Shown: piece after piece, positions 62,656 to 64,000 of the stretch
Position numbering within the stretch: the stretch's first letter is position 1
Layout: each line of letters opens with the position of its first letter
Assembly: GCA_051362555.1 (NCBI GenBank)
Contig: CM120643.1
Location: forward strand, 20,588,848 to 20,652,847
Length of the DNA stretch: 64,000 nucleotides
Source of the DNA: Lingula anatina
Lineage: Eukaryota > Animalia > Brachiopoda
Direction: 5' to 3'
Program-made: the position numbers and the translations under genes
The notes under the pieces: model-generated
The model's input: only the letters and a program-made list of their open reading frames with translations
Databases searched by the model: none
Told to the model about the DNA's origin: nothing

Positions 62656-64000
62656 TCACTTTTAATGAAAAAATTAAAATGCCACCTTTAAAGAGTAAAT
62701 ACAATACACTATTATTATTACAAGACATGAGAATAATTTAAAATTGCAACTTATAAGAGTAAAATACTTACCAACAATACTTCAAGATTTGCATATTAAG
62801 GTCACTCGTTTTATTTATGAAAATATTTTTTAAGAAGTAATTGCAAGAGAAATACACCGGGGAAACCTGTAAGAAGTAATATGTTATGAGTCGATGTTTA
62901 TTGGTCTATTTACCTCTGTTAATGCCGAGCCGAGGAAAGGCGCATTTCATCTTGAAGTTTAAACAGGAGATCCGGAATTCATCAAATCAAAAATGATTAT
63001 AACAGTCTGGATTTATAGCGCAATCGACTGTATTATTGCAATGCGATAATGTCGACGACGTCAAAAAAACAGCACTTAAAGATCGAAATTACCAAACTAT
63101 GTTGTACTGAGACTTCTGTGAGAAGCCGTCACAGTGATGGTTGATGAATTGGCAGATATATTGTACATTGTCTACAATGGGGGAAGATATTACCTCTATT
63201 TTTCACCGAGGATTTTAATTGAATTCCTGGTTTGTCAACAGGTTTGCAAGGGTTGCATGCACCAGGACTTCGGCCAATACAGAGAGTCATATCAGTTACG
63301 AATCAGAGATAAACCACAGTTAAAGGTGGCATAAACATGGATCAGAACATTAAAATAAGGAAATTGCAACCATACCTCTTTGCAGCACTGTAGATTAAAA
63401 TTGATACCAACCACAACAGGTGTAAAAAAAAAAAAAAAAACGCCACAAGTACATAACAGCTGAGCCATCAGTTTATGGTACATGTAATCAGCAGGCTACA
63501 GATGTTAGCAGAGTACTTTCTTTGAAACAGAAAGATATTCACTTCCTGGACGCTTATAAGTGGTTATCTGCTCGACGTTTTTGATATAAGAAATGTACCA
63601 TAATATGATTTTAAATAATACAAGCGTGTTACTATTATTCTTTCCACGATATGTTTATGACGTTTGGTGTATTCATTTCAACACTTACAACCATAAAACA
63701 TTTATACAGCAAAAGAGAAATTCTTATAGATTTTCCGCAATTTCCCCTTTCTCACCAAGATGTAGCAACCGTTTTCGAGTTCTAAACCGATAATTATTTA
63801 CCGTCACGAGTGAAAATCAACCATCTTTACCTCTATGTGTGAATGGCTGAAAAACTAGAAAGTAAGAATTGAAAAAAAAAACGGGATTGTCAATCGTAAT
63901 TATGTGAACGGTTTAGGATATATGGTATGTTGTGGTGATTGAGGGAAAGCAGTTGAAATAGCAAACTAAATTAATGTTTTGCCACATAAAAGTCTAACGC

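Noticed and set aside
1-64000. tRNA, rRNA and intact transposase or RT genes
   Set aside because: I saw no cloverleaf or rRNA-like segment and no long transposon ORF. All mobile elements here are non-autonomous or decayed.

Overview
AT-rich, intron-rich eukaryotic DNA, most likely from an invertebrate bilaterian; the species cannot be determined from the sequence. I reconstructed five protein-coding genes by hand from GT-AG splice sites and reading-frame phase. They are MROH1-like (- strand, 12 5' exons, runs off the left edge), WRNIP1 (- strand, 9 exons, 624 aa), DENND11/LCHN (+ strand, 9 exons, 443 aa, head-to-head with WRNIP1 across 298 bp), a DIPK1/FAM69-family kinase-like gene (+ strand, 3 coding exons, 411 aa) and the first large coding exon of a catecholamine-type SLC6 transporter (DAT/NET/OAT clade, + strand, runs off the right edge). 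Non-coding DNA carries many MITEs with 3-, 5-, 6-, 8- and 9-bp target-site duplications (TSDs), Helentron-associated (HINE-like) elements, two decayed LINE fragments, foldback hairpins and microsatellites. The most notable observations are: a ~4.5-kb Helentron-like element in WRNIP1 intron 8 generating a 161-bp satellite with repeated 3' hairpin ends; a possible split AT|G start codon across a 17.8-kb intron for the transporter; a uORF-dense DIPK1 leader; a duplicated out-of-use splice acceptor in MROH1; and a CpG-depletion boundary also recorded in paired MITE copies. I found no convincing novel protein-coding system. There is no CRISPR array, rRNA or tRNA that I can support.
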